Source: Antedon mediterranea
Taxonomy: Eukaryota; Animalia; Echinodermata
DNA: 64,000 bases
Reading direction: 5' to 3'
Assembly (NCBI RefSeq): GCF_964355755.1
Contig: NC_092675.1
Span: 22,416,912 to 22,480,911 of the forward strand
Part shown: piece after piece, positions 1 through 13,577 of the stretch
How positions within the stretch are numbered: the first letter of the stretch is position 1
Layout of the letters: every line of letters starts with the position of its first letter
Program-made: the position numbers and the translations under genes
Notes under the pieces: model-generated
The model's input: only the letters and a program-made list of their open reading frames with translations
Database searches by the model: none
What the model was told of the DNA's origin: nothing

Positions 1-207
1 CAGATTGAGATAGCAATTTTGCTTCCTTGATGTTCGAGACAGATACTTGCTACACCAAATGCAAGAGATAAAATCGATAAAACGATTTGAGTAGCCTGTT
101 ACGAGGAGAACTTTGAAGTTCAAACTTGATCGGACTTCTCCAGGCCGTTGAGAGTAAGTTACTGATGTAGCCTCTGGGGCAACTTGTAGTGGTACACTTG
201 TGGTCAT
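1..207 (-). pseudogene. MS4A/CD20-like four-TM gene, copy A: first coding exon (gene runs off the window), frameshifted
   Basis: ATG at 207 gives MTTSVPLQVAPEATSVTYSQRPGEVRSSLNFKVLLVTGY, homologous to copies B-E. The conserved TM1 continuation QIVLSILSLAFGVA...IAISI resumes only in a shifted frame after about position 90 (GGC TAC T CAA ATC). Confidence 0.75.
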
Positions 208-2397
208 TTGGCCTGTAGTCGATCAAATCAAAAAGGAAAAGAAAGAAAACAGCTCCAAAAGATTATCTCACACTGTAATTTTGCAGTAAAATTACTGTCA
301 AATAATTGCCTACTTGCCAAATGTTTTAACATAAATCAAAACGAAATATATAATATATAATAATTTTCAATAATATATCTGCAAAGCTGAAGCATTTGCA
401 CACTATATCTCCTAAACAGGACACCGATATACATGTGAGTCCAATTTACATGGGACACTTTTTTTATTTTCATAATATTGGTTAATTTTGGAAACCTTGA
501 GTTACTAGTAAATTTCAAGAAGTTTTGTCGATAGTTTAAAAAAAATTTTCAGATTGTGAACAAGGGGTTGGCAAGTCTGGTTAGAAATACCAGAAAAATG
601 AAGAACATGAAGAAAACAATAATAAAGATTACTAGATGCATTGACGGCGTTCCATAGAAATTACCGGAAATGATTATTTACACAGTACATACCACAAGTG
701 TCACATGACAAGAAGAAACAGTCCACCAAGTAGGCTCCTTAGTAGGAGAGGTAGCCCACTTAGTACACCGTAATAGCATACAGGGTACAATGAAAAAAAA
801 AGAGTATTCTTTTACTCTATTTTGAATATGCCATGGGAAAAAACAACCAAATCAAACTAGTAAAACCAAATCAATCATAGAATACCTAAGATAATATATA
901 ATACATACCTTTTTATGTGGTCGATATTCGTCTACTTTACACTTTTTTTCAACAGCTCCTGTTTATATTGTCTTAATCTTAATCATCTATATCGGATGGC
1001 TAAGCACAACTGATGCGCACGCGCGGCACTTGGCAACCTGGGAATTTTATGAAAGGCAATCTGAGCCATGATCTGTAATTTTGTAATCTTTGTTGATGAT
1101 TGTGTATTTATACTTCAAACATACCTGTTTTGTGGTGATATTATGATATTAATTGTCGTTCTATAATGTCAATGAAAAGAAACTCTGAAAGCACTGGAGG
1201 TTTTTCAAAGCCCTCCTATCTCCTCCGGGCCTGATATCGAGCACATAAACGGATTCCAAAGAAATTAGGAATGCATTAACTATTTGTTGAAAAAAGAAGA
1301 AAGAATAAGCAATGCTTTTGAACAATTAATGAATGTAATCAATTGTGGACCTGTTTCCAAATATTCTCTCAAATGGTCCTGATTTGATGTTTTTTTCAAG
1401 AAAGTGAGAAAGATCTAGAACTGGATTATATTAAAATATTACTATCTATTTAACAATCCTTTTCTTACTTAAGAAGTTTTTATTTTAATCTAGAATTGAT
1501 ATACAGACCAATATAAAACCTGGCAAGAATAGTTTATGAAAATTAAATACCATATGCACTGAAAAAATATGATAAACTAACATAAATGTCTTTTATCGCA
1601 AAGTTGTTCCTGCTTGTACTTAGGCTAATTGCATTTGTTAATCGTGTATGAAATGTGTCATAAAATTGTCTTAAAGAGAATCAATTTTCGTTGGAATGCT
1701 GTTATAGTTAACATGTTGACGTGAACAAACAATGTTGGTACAAATAATTTGTTTCTCATTTTGTTAAGATATAAAAAGAAAAAATAATATTGATTGTTGA
1801 TTGATATCTTAATTAGCAGTGTTGATATGCAATAATTAACAGTCGGCCTAAAATATACCTGCAGTCTTGTATCCTAACTAAGAACTTTCTACAACTATAA
1901 ACTATGGACAAGGATTACCAATAGTAAATTAATGTCTGTCCTATCCGATCGGGGGTAATACCCCTGACACAGGGGCTATTTTGTGAACCAGTTTACCGGG
2001 GAAATCTCCAACTCGTCTCGAATGATGAACTGGGTTCTTTAAAGTGGACACTGTACTGGACCTACAGTTTATATAGTCCTTATCCGAGAAAACTTATTCC
2101 ACAACCAGAAATATTTTGTATACTGAAGAAATAATATGACACAACTACCAGTATCATTTACTACGTTGAGAAAGAAAATGTGTTAAAAAGTATTATTTGA
2201 CTTTAAAAAAATGAAATAAAACATTATTTGTATTGAGTATTTCACCCATTTATAAATGGAATCATTACATCCAATTTCAATTTTACCGGATGCATAGATG
2301 CTTTACATTGTAGGTTATTTCACTGGATGTTCACTATCAGGCAGTTGCCCCATTTGATGGCTGAATGACGTATATGTTTTTGACTCATGACTTGTTG

Positions 2398-5300
2398 TTA
2401 ACCCACGACATATTGCTGACCTATAACCGGTTGTTGACCCATAACTGGTGATTGACCCACGACCTGCACCATAGGATATCCTTGAACACTAACTTGACCT
2501 GTACAGTATAGTAACAGAATTTAGTAACAGTAATTATAATCAAAAACAATGATAAGTTATTGCAATACGTATACACATGCTGCATGAAGTTTTAGTTCGC
2601 ACATTTCATGGCTGCTTAAGAATCGGATGACACATCGTGTTTATAAACCGTTATTCATTTGGATATTATTTTTTTTATGCATACATACAATTTTTTTTAC
2701 ATATTCCTCCTGCTTTCTTTAAATTTTAGATTAGACAATGTATATGTTATAAATGTTAACATATTTGTGTCCTATCCTCAGTGTTCGAATGTGCAAAACT
2801 ACCGGAAGAAATAAGAGATTCATTAATTTTAAATACAGGTATTAAGACTTTTATAAATAAGCTTAACATTTATTTTGAGTAAGATTTTGCTACGTATTGA
2901 CGATTTTTAATGATATTGCAATATATTTTAATTTATTTTGAGTATTTATACAAGTTTTATTCTAAATGTTTGTTATACAATCAGTGCAATTAGGAGACCT
3001 ACTAGATAGTGATTAAGTTCACTTTAGGAATCCTGTCTCTGCCCTGGTTTTGTGTGATGTTTTCATGTTTTTTTATATTGTATTTTTATGAGACAAAAAT
3101 AAATGAAATAAAAATGAACTGAGCACAAACTAGGGAAGTCTGTACAAACTAGTGCATACAAAACACAATGGCGCAACCTATACTTTACGAATGGAAACAA
3201 TCAAACCATTATTGTTGAGAGAACTAAAGTTGACTTTAATTGATACATTTATAAAACTTACCAGATTGTACCACATACGATGCATATTGAGTCTGGAAAA
3301 TAAAGAAAAAGTAACAATATTATTAATCACCCAATACCCCACACGCCTTTGTCAAATTTGGCAAAATAAACAAGCAAATTTTTTTCAATTAAAAACAAAT
3401 TTACATTGTCTCGTCATCGATGTTGCAAGAGCTAAAATTCCATAATTCCAAATTAGAAGTAACATCATCTGACTCAATAACTCAACAAAAAACATTTTTT
3501 TTTTTTTTTTGGTGAAGAAATTATTTTTTTAGGATTTTTCTTTTTTATTTTGCATGTAAAAGAATATGAAATTACAGTATAATCTTTCCAAATTGCTAAA
3601 CGGCGTGATTTTCAAGAAAATCGTACACATTGAAAAAAATATGAGGGATAATATTTTTAAATAACAGTTGAAATTTATGAAAAATAGAAATCTTCTGATT
3701 GGAGTTCCACTTTAAAACTCAGTAGTAATATCTACAGGTCTTATAATAACAAAATGATATTTTTAATTTTTGGCACGTTTTCGCCTTAAAAATGAATCCA
3801 TTTAAAACATTATATTCAACTGATATGTTGAAATCAAACAAATAGGATGTGATCCAAGACAAACATCCCAAATACCTTTCCCAGGGAAAATGCTACACTT
3901 CTGAATTCCGGATCAACTCCGAATTTTCGTTTTTGCGGTACGAGTCTCTATTTTCTTCTTTAAAGATATAGCCATACCATTTTATTTTTATGAGGGGACA
4001 CTTTTGGGACCCACCAAGTTTTCGCAAGAAAAAAATACTAAAAAATGAACGAATAAAATCGATCTGAACTTGAGAAGAATATTTACTAATGAAACTGTCA
4101 AGCCAGAAATGGTATAATAATTCTTTAAAAAAGTATAATTGCATGAATATTTTTGTATTAAAAATGATTTTGATTATTATTTTATGTTTGGTCTTTTTGT
4201 TTTTTGTATTAAAACTTTTAAAACCCAACAAACAGCACTTAGCAGCTTTAGTAACTCACATTTGTGGATGTTCCACAACAACAAGTCGCTCCACAGCACA
4301 TGTAGACTGATGAAGTGATTGCCACCACAAGTTCTATACCTCCAATTAGTGTACAAACAATGTCAACAGCAGCATATTCAGTGTTCTATATATTAAACAT
4401 TATCTTTTTCAATTTCAGTATTAATTGTTATATCCTATATTAATAGGATACCTCGATCATGTTTAACTGACCAACCATATAGTAAACATATTTTGAATTC
4501 AGGAACGGTATCTCCTCACAGGCTTAAATATAGGAGTTGTGTACTGAAACATTCAAATATGCTGGTACTGTATACAGAATACACATGTATACAGAATACA
4601 TATGTATACAGAATACATTCATGGCAATGAAAGCTGAACACATAGCTATATAATCAATCTAAATTTTCTTTGTAATCGGCCAATGTAAACATTTAGGTGG
4701 TGTTTTGTGTTCAGACACATTATTTTTGACAGAGCAAATTATTTAAAAACCAATTTTGGATAAAGTTAGTAGATATTCTAAGTACTTTACAATAATGATG
4801 TGTTAATTTTACAGAGTCTGAGACGGTATCACTTTAGTCTCCTTGATAATACGTGGGAACTAACTCACGTCATTGTAGTAATCGGACGAAGAATATGCAC
4901 TGCTCATACCACCCCAATAAAGATGGATGCATGCTGTAACAGCTGCCAATATTGACATCACAAGACAGCCAACAATCTGAAATTACAGTTCTTTAAAGTA
5001 AAGATAAAATAAAAATCTGAACCAATTTTTTAGATATAATAAAAATACGTCGATCCTATAGCGCTTAATGCATAAAGCCTTAAAGCGTTTCACATTAATA
5101 CACCGGTTATGTTTTGAATCAAACATACTCCCATAATGTTGCGCAGTTGTGTTTTGATTTTACCAGGTACCCATTTTTACACCTAGGTGAAGAGAGTAAG
5201 TAAAGTGTCTTTTAATATTGTGTGCGGGTACTTTTCAAGATGGACATCCATTAGACAGTGTACCGCGATCGGAAAACACCCCTATTTGGGGCAAATCGTT

Positions 5301-6787
5301 GAACCTAAATTCATTTTAATTGTCAATAACTAATTATCTAACTTCACCTAATTATGTTATGGTAAAAATCAGTATTGACAGTATGTACCAATTTTATATA
5401 CCATCATGTAAAAATTTCAGAAGTTACGAGAGCGCGATTTACCGAATTTTGCCCTTACGTAAATGAATATTTACACACACACAGATGTGTCTTTTGGATT
5501 GAACACAGCACAAGAAAAACCAATCGTAATAACTTACAGCACAAGAGTTTCGTCCTTTAGATTTTCCAGCAATCACCCCCAGAATTCCAGCAACAAGATA
5601 AAACTGTAGATATTAATATGACGCTGACATCATACTGTTATAGTTCAAACTTATTATGCAGTAACAAAAGAATACGTGTAGTCAAAATGGATGAAGTGGC
5701 TGAAATTTTAATTTACCATATTTCATCTTTTTGAATTAAAAATAAATGTAAATTAATACAGTCGACTCCGCCTAAGTCGAATCTAATGGGACCGGTATAA
5801 AAATTCGAGTTACGCGAACTTCGACTTACAGATTTGCCAAAAAAAATGCTAGGCCTAGGCTCACTCACTAGCCGCGCTATGGCTAGGCCTAGTGGACCCT
5901 GCCCTGTCGCGGCCCACGCGATGAGCCTTCTTGAATTGAGTTTGCTTAGCTAGAGCTAGGCCTAATAAATGCTAAGCCTCTTTATCGGCAATGATAAACT
6001 GTATTTTCTTTTATGGTTTAAGCCCGAAACAATACAAAAACGTATAATAAATACATTTCGGTTTTTGTTCGAAATCGGTATCCATTGTTTATTGCCATCT
6101 GTCTAGCACAAAATAGGTACCCACAAAACGCCGCTCAAGTTCTCAACTCTGAAACAACTCATACACTATACACTAGCGCGAGTTGTAGGACGCCACCTAT
6201 ACTATACAACCTGCTTGAGAGAATCGATATGGTCCCACATTATCCCCTCTGTTGTTTGTTTATCGAATTACGTACGTTTCATCGGCTTTTTTAGCGCGTT
6301 GTTGCCGCGTAATTTGTGACTTCGACTTATACGATATAAATCACTAAAGAATGTGTGTATTCGGACCGCAAAAAGACGTCGACTTAGACGAATTTCGGCT
6401 TAGAAAAATTCGACTTACAAATGAAAATTACACAGTAATGTATAGGAAAGAATTGGGACTTTCCTAAAAATTCGACTTTCGCGATTTTTCGACTTACGCG
6501 AATTCGACTTTGGCGGAGTCGACTGTATCATAACATATTTAAAACCAGTTAATATTTACCCCAAGTGCACCCCAGATTGGGACAGCAATTGTGCCTTGAA
6601 GATATTGAAGAAAGATGCATGCCACACCAAAAGCAAGGGATACAACCGATAAACTAATCTGCATATAGCCAGTCACAAGTGCAGCTGTAGAGTTTAAACG
6701 TGATGGGACTTTTTCTTGCTGTTGATAGTAAATTACTGGTGCAGCCTCTGGGGAAACTTGCAGTGGTACAGTGGTTGTTGTCATCAT
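2398..6787 (-). CDS. MS4A/CD20-like four-TM protein, copy B (about 219 aa; tail truncated by premature TAA)
   Basis: GT-AG exons 6787-6560, 5603-5538, 4976-4869, 4385-4260, 3292-3262 and 2498-2398 join in frame. TM1 ALVTGYMQISLSVVSLAFGVA, TM2 PIWGALG|FYLVAGILGV (MS4A-type PxWGG motif), TM3 IVGCLVMSILAAVTA, TM4 IVCTLIGGIELVVAITSSVYMCC, then a Cys cluster and a Q-rich tail. Confidence 0.85.
5057..5200 (-). mobile_element. SINE relic (CORE/Meta-like domain)
   Basis: ccaggtacccatttttacacctaggtgaagagag motif plus tatagcgc...aaagcgtttcaca tail, typical of ancient metazoan SINEs read in reverse. Confidence 0.45.
5759..6525. mobile_element. Tc1/mariner-pogo-type MITE in intron 1 of copy B
   Basis: TIRs CAGTCGACTCCGCC(T/A)AAGTCGAA, TA target duplications at 5757-5758 and 6526-6527, subterminal TTCGACTT repeats. 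Confidence 0.9.
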
Positions 6788-7974
6788 TAAAATGGATCTA
6801 TTAAACAAAGACAAAAGCTGTTGTATAAATGGCACTTATGTGTCTCGCACCAGAATGTTACCAAAAATGAACCATCCATGTCAGTAATGCACAAAATGAC
6901 CGCGGGAGACAACCGTTGATCACTTCAATACCCCTTTTACCTCGTCTAGCAGACGGAGTTTGACGCACTGCGCGCCAACATAAAAAAAAATCAAAACACG
7001 AAAAACGAAAAGTACCGAGACAAAACAGAGACACAATGACTCTAAACGCCGGTGCTCTCTTAATTTTTTTTCTTTTTGATATTTTATTTAAACACAGACT
7101 ATTATCAATATTAATGCTCGCCTGTAAAAATCTATGTACTATGTACTGACTTAAATCAACTTTACTCTTTTATTATGTGCTATGAATTTGCTGTATTTCT
7201 TATTTCTTTCAGAGGTATGTGTTGTAGTTCTAATATACTCTAGTGGAAACAGTACTCTTCTGCACTGTAAAGTAGAAAGTCCAGTTTCACACACCACCAA
7301 AACTGTCTGCAACATTTTATATTATCTTTATTAAATAATAATATAATCATTTTTTAAAAGTGCCACACATGCGTCCATACAATTACAAATTAAAAGTTTA
7401 AACAACAACAAAAAACAAACTTTTAAATTATACAAACATAATGGAAAAGAAAACATAAACATTTGTTATATTTTGATTGGGAACTTTCGTGCTTAACATC
7501 AAATTCGATAAGCACTTTTTCCATAATTACTCAACGTTATTACAAAACTTTTTGTTTAAAACTATACTAATTATTACAACAATACATAACTAATTATGCA
7601 ACAGCAACATTAACATAAAACAGTTCAAAGTTCTGATAGATAGATAGATAGCATTTCTATATAATGTACAAGCACGGCTTGTGTACATTTTACAATGCAG
7701 CATAAATTCTCAACGAGAAAACGCATGTAATATTATATTCAAGACTTGAAATATAATTTTCTATGTAATGTTTTATGTTTTAAATCCATTTTACAATGCA
7801 GCATAAATCTAATATGAAATAGCATGCTTTCTCAGTGACATATTAAACATAATAGGCCAACAGAAATAAAATTAAATTTAAAGTATCTACACAATGCATT
7901 GCAATAAGTTTACGGTGAAGTTTGCGCAATTCTTAAACTATGTATACTATTTTTTTTAAATTTATTATTTCATT

Positions 7975-8297
7975 TATATAGCGCTTTTCCAAATTAGTGT
8001 AAAATGATCAAAGCGCTTTACATCAGCAGACCCAACAATGAGTTACTTCTTAGGAAATAGATGTGTTTTGAGGGCTTTTTTAAATTTTAAAACCGTGGTT
8101 TGTTCCCTGATCACAGACGGGAGTTCATTCCACATCACCGGTCCAAATTTTGAGAAAGTATTATTTCCAGAGGTCCGCTTTTCGAGACAGTGATCCAATC
8201 TAGTGCGATCTATCTCGGACCTCAGGCCTCTCTTAGCACATCTATACACCCGTAAGAGATTGCTCAGATAACAGGGCGCATGTGATGATGTGCCCAT
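7975..8297 (-). mobile_element. 3' end fragment of an L2/CR1-clade LINE
   Basis: ORF APCYLSNLL...LRS...TFSKFGPVMWNELPSVIREQTTVLKFKKALKTHLF is the typical L2/CR1 ORF2 C-terminus, followed by an AAGCGCT...AAGCGCTATATAAAT tail. Confidence 0.85.
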
Positions 8298-10247
8298 AAT
8301 GCCGATGATGTCATATCACTACCTTATCTGGGCACATCACACTTGTTTGATAGTGTAGACAGAGCTTAATTTAATGTAATTTGGTGTATAGATAATACAT
8401 TATAAGAAACGAGTCGTACAGGATTTATTAAAACATCATGGACGCTTCGGCTCAGGTTTTGACCAACCCCTAGCCGAAACCTCTCAATCAAATATCGAAC
8501 TACCACCAGGTGAGATTTTCATATAATGTTTATGGTATATATTTTTAATTGATGTTTAAAAGAAGTTTGAACTAAACAATCATGATTATAATGTATATAA
8601 TTACTTATTAAGAATGTCAAATGTTTAGGCCTATAGGCCTACTGTCATGTTTAAAAACATGATTCGCAGCTTCTCATGAGCCGATCACAATACTAGCTAC
8701 TACTAGGCCTCCTACCTAGATATAACATAGTCGATAGGTCCTAAATAAATTAAGGCTATGGCTACATAGAAGGCATAATAATAACATTGTCATCGATACA
8801 TACAGTAAGCATAAGGCCTAATCTGATTGCTAGAATGTTAAAATGGTGAAAGAAAAACCACCAACCAATATGTCTAATCAACGCCTTTCCACAATAATGG
8901 CAATGGACATCTTCTATCTTTGATCGAGGATTATAAAACGATATGTATTGAAGCGTAACATATTTTTTTTTTATAATGCTATTTCAATGTCACACATCAT
9001 TCAATTTGCTTAAACTTGGATCGAAAAAAGGAGTAATTTCTAATTTAAAAATTTAACAATAGTTGATCAATAACTTAACATAAAATGATATAACACTAGG
9101 CCTATGATATTCATTTCTATTGTTACATTTCAGAAAGTTCAAATTGTGTTACACAGTCAGTGGATCAAACAGTAATAATTCAATGCTAAATTTAACCACT
9201 ATAGGCCTATTACCCTTAAATCATAGATTCTTTGTGGGTCATGATATAAATGATTTTTCGTATTTATAATGTATTTTAGCATTAGTACCCGTCTTTGGCG
9301 GTTGGGTAGAGGTTGATATGTACAGATTTCAATGTTTTAAATCCATTGATACGATATTATATAACATGGCAATCTAACAAAAGAACACTTAGCTCGCCTT
9401 GCCAAGATAGAAACTCGTGACAGTCAAACAGATAATCCCTTTGATCTCTGGAGTTATAGAATCCTGTTGTTAGATTGCCTTGACAAACATACTGTACGTC
9501 TGTGACCTCCATGGTCTATGCATGTAATGTATATAATCCATGGTCGATGTCTGGATAAATGCTTATGTTAGTAGGCCTATGTCATGTATGCTGTCACTAA
9601 AATGCAGTTTTCTTTCAAAAACAAATGCAGAACATTCGACACATACTTAGGCCTTTTTATTATATTTAAATTGTATTTACCGTCAGTAATCTGAAGTACG
9701 ATAGGCAAGTCCATTGAAATTTGAACGGCACGGCAAAACTTAATTGCTGATTACCATACAGTAGGCCTACCAACGAAGGTTTCCTACAGTTACTTTGATA
9801 CAAAAAGCATCAACACAAAAATAAGAATGACAATTCGACACTTTTATATTAATACTGTATTGATGTATAGGCCTATTGACAATACAAATGTTATTGATGT
9901 ACAAACGTATTTATGGTGTTTGGTGCTTTGAATTTTGAACATAAAATGTCACCTATTTAAAAAAAAAATGATTACCTCCACATTGTATTTTTCGCGCCGC
10001 GTCTTTTATTTAGGCAGTTATGCCGACTTTTTCAACTAAGCAAATTTCAGCTTATACGTGCTGCGCAGAGAGGGATTTGGAAATTCAAAACATGAATATG
10101 CAGTGCATATAAGCTGGCACTTTCGATTCGCGCGAACAAATTCGCCTAGCGGAAAATAGGCAGTTATACTCCAGAGGACGGAATTACATTACAAAACAAA
10201 TGTAATCAAACCTAATGTTTAAATCTTTGTTATTGTTATAAACTTAC

Positions 10248-13058
10248 CAGTTTGTACCGCATATGTTGCATACTCTGCAGTCTGAATAAAGAATATGATA
10301 ATTTTTAACTACCACACTGGTGGGATTAATCTGAGAGAGAACACAAATATTTGGATTCATTTCGTTTGTGGAGAAAAGCATGTCTTATTTGTTGTAATGA
10401 AACATTTTAGCAAAGTGACCAGTGAATGGCTTTATTAATCTTTTATTTCAATACCGTAATTACTGGTCTAAAAAAAGAAGACCGTAAATTGGGCTTAATA
10501 AATTGTTTAGGAAACATGTTTATATTTTGTGTAGCAAAACGTTTTTTACAATTTTGTATATGTTACAAAAATGCAACTTTAGATCAGTTATCATTTTACA
10601 CTAATTTTTGTACGGTATTATTTGAAACTATTTTTGGCTATGTGGAGTCGAATCTCCTTCAAGAATTTTATTTTTAGTGGATTAAATTTTCCTTCGGGGA
10701 TAATTATAATTACACCTCTATCTAAAGCAGGCAAGATATGAAAAAAAGTATATCTTTAGAATAACTCACATTTATGGAAGTTCTACAGCAACAATTTACT
10801 CCAGAGCACTTGAACGTCGATAAAATGATTGCAACTACAAATTCTATAACTCCAATTACCGTACAGATATTGTTCACAATCTCAGTATCCTCGTGATTAT
10901 ACAAAAAAAAAACCATTGCAAATACTCTGCAGTATTCTCTATTCATTTTGGTTAATTGAAATGCAACAATTGCGGTGCTAATGTAATATGTACCCATGTT
11001 TAATGTACTGACACTGAACGTTATTTATCAGTAATATCAAGCAGAATATCTGCTTTTCTTTCATGGCCGCATGTGGACTCACTTCGGAGGAATTTTGCAG
11101 CCGCTCCATCGAGGCAAATCCTGGCCCGAGTTAAACAGTATACTTCCCCCTGAATCCCCTTTATAGCTAAGGTTTGCTAAAGAAGGAGTTCTACTGGAGT
11201 CACATGCATTCAACTTAAAAACAGTTCTGGAGATCATTATTATGGACCTGTTTGAATACATATAATACTGATTGGTCAAATAAGTAATAACAATAATAAT
11301 AACAAATACAATAACCAGTAATAACAACAGCTATCGGTAAACCGAATGTTCTATATTTGACATAAATGTACTGAAGTCAAATAAAAAAAAAACAGTGTGA
11401 TTTGAATTTTACAAAGTTGGAACTAATTACTCACTTCAAGCAAAAAGAAATTCACATTAAAGTCGAAAGTACCAACAATAGTATGAAGTGCTGCTACATG
11501 AGCTGCAAGTATTGACAATCATCACAAGACAACCAATAATCTGAAAATATGATATAAATTCACCTAAAGCCTGTTTTATAATCCAATGTTTTGTAGAAAT
11601 AAAAATCGCGCTACCCTTCTTTCTACGACGACAGAATCGACTCAGCTAGCTACAATCGTATTTCAGCTGAGCTTTTCGATTCGCATGAGTGGTTATTTCC
11701 TGAGCTCTTATTGGTTGCGAAATTGTTCGCTATGCAAAACATAGAAACTTCAAATTATGTTAATAATGTCACCCGATTCTGCAGCTGTCAATTGACAGAT
11801 TCTAACTGACTACCGCAAGTCAGCTGGAAAGATGTAGGCCTATTGTGGTACGTTAGGCCTAAATAATTAAAACTAGAACCATCATAGGCTATCTAATATA
11901 CCACAATCATACTTACTTAATTTAAATGAACAAAAATAGTCCTGTATAAGTGTTGTGTCATTTTAGCAAGGAGTGTTAGAACGACGTTGCTTTGTTATGT
12001 CATTTTGTCCTACCATGTGTCAAAAAATAAGAGTAGCGATTGGCAATACCAAGCACATGCATTTTTTTTCAGCACAAATAAGTATATCAAATGTTAAATA
12101 AATTTCACATAACATAAGAAAAGCAATAATGTATTCTCACAGCACATTTGTGTCCTTTAGTGTGTCCAGCTATCACTCCCAGAATTCCAGAACCAAGATA
12201 AAACTGTTTAAAAAACAAGGCCAACAGCCATTAAGTCGCGTGCTACAATGCATAGTGATACCGGACCGACAGACCGACCGACAGACCGAGACCGACCGAC
12301 ATAGTGAACTATACTGATCGAAATTACTGAACATGTTTAAAAATGTTGAAATGTTTAAAAACATTTAATTTTTTTTAATTTACACGTGCGTAGCCTGTCA
12401 CTTTTGACGTGTTCGTATAACGTAATTTCTAGTTGAAAAGTAAGTCAAGAAATTAAACTGATATCAAGATAAGGTCAGAAAGCGATAACATGCATAGTAA
12501 TACCGGACCGACAGACAGACAGACCGACAGACAGACCGACCGACAGACCGACCGACATAGTGAACTATAGAGTCGCGTCCACGCGACTAAAAACAATGGT
12601 GTAATGAAAACAAAATACCAAGCGGGTCCCATTAACTTTTTTTTTGAATGGATGATTCATTTTCAAAGTAAGGTAAAGACACACCTTTGCAATGATTAGC
12701 TGCATTATGATCCAAAAATTACCGGGGTAATCATTATTATTTACAGCGCTTAGAAGTTTCACAACATTAGGGGCTTCTATCAGACTATTATTATTGTTAT
12801 TATTATCATGAAATAATTTACCGTAAGCCCACCCCAAATTGGAATAGCAAAGTATCCTTGAAGATGATATTCACGACCGATGCATGCCACACCAAAAGTA
12901 ACGGATAAAACCGATAAACTAATTTGAATATAGCCAGTTACTAATGCAGCTTTAGTGTTTAACCTTGTTGGGGCTCCTTCTGCAGCAGTTGGCTGTTGAT
13001 AGTAAATTACTGATGTACTACCATCTGGTGGAACTTGCTGTGGCGCAGTGGTTGTCAT
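10248..13058 (-). pseudogene. MS4A/CD20-like copy C, probable pseudogene
   Basis: Exons 13058-12822, 12203-12141, 11540-11435, about 10895-10770 and 10281-10248. Exon 3 has a 4-bp insertion (GTGATG-ATTG-TCAATA, about 11516-11520) giving a frameshift and TAA at 11458-11460. The exon-4 acceptor at the paralogous position reads AT, not AG. No terminal Q-rich exon was recognised between 7000 and 10200. Confidence 0.75.
12214..12592 (+). mobile_element. HINE/DINE-1-like (Helentron-associated) element, internally duplicated
   Basis: AACAAGGCCAACAGCCAT(T)AAGTCGCGTG...(GACA/GACC)n microsatellite...ATAGTGAACTATAGAGTCGCGTCCACGCGACTAAAA, with subterminal inverted repeats and a terminal hairpin. Related copies at 43680, 45677, 53621 and 62478. 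Confidence 0.7.
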
Positions 13059-13577
13059 TATCGTTGATTCTAAAAAACGGAGGAATTATTTTGGTCAACC
13101 AACCGGGACAGGTGATAATCTTACCAAAAAAATATCGAACGGGGGGCGGGGAGCTAATACACTACCGTACGGTAAACTTGCCGAAGAAGAAGATCGCGCC
13201 CACTTTTGCTGCTGACATTGTTAATAGTCGATTAACAGTCAATTTTAAACATAAAAAATGCTTTTTTTTTGGAAAGATTATGTTGATGTCATTAAATAAT
13301 ATATTATGTCCGACAACTTGCCCTACAACTGGATAAATTTTCAAGGGCTCAATTGCTTAAAAAATCCCTCCCCCCTGGACGTGGCTCTGTGAGAAATCGA
13401 AATAAATTCGAAAAACATGTTTATTTTTAATTGATATATTTTTATTATATTTATTTTAATATTAAATATATATATTATGTTATTAAGTAGGCCTATAATT
13501 TGCACAAGTTTTGTTTGTGTTTATTGATTTATTGTAAAGGAGAATTTAGCCACAGAAATATACAAATATTTTATCAT

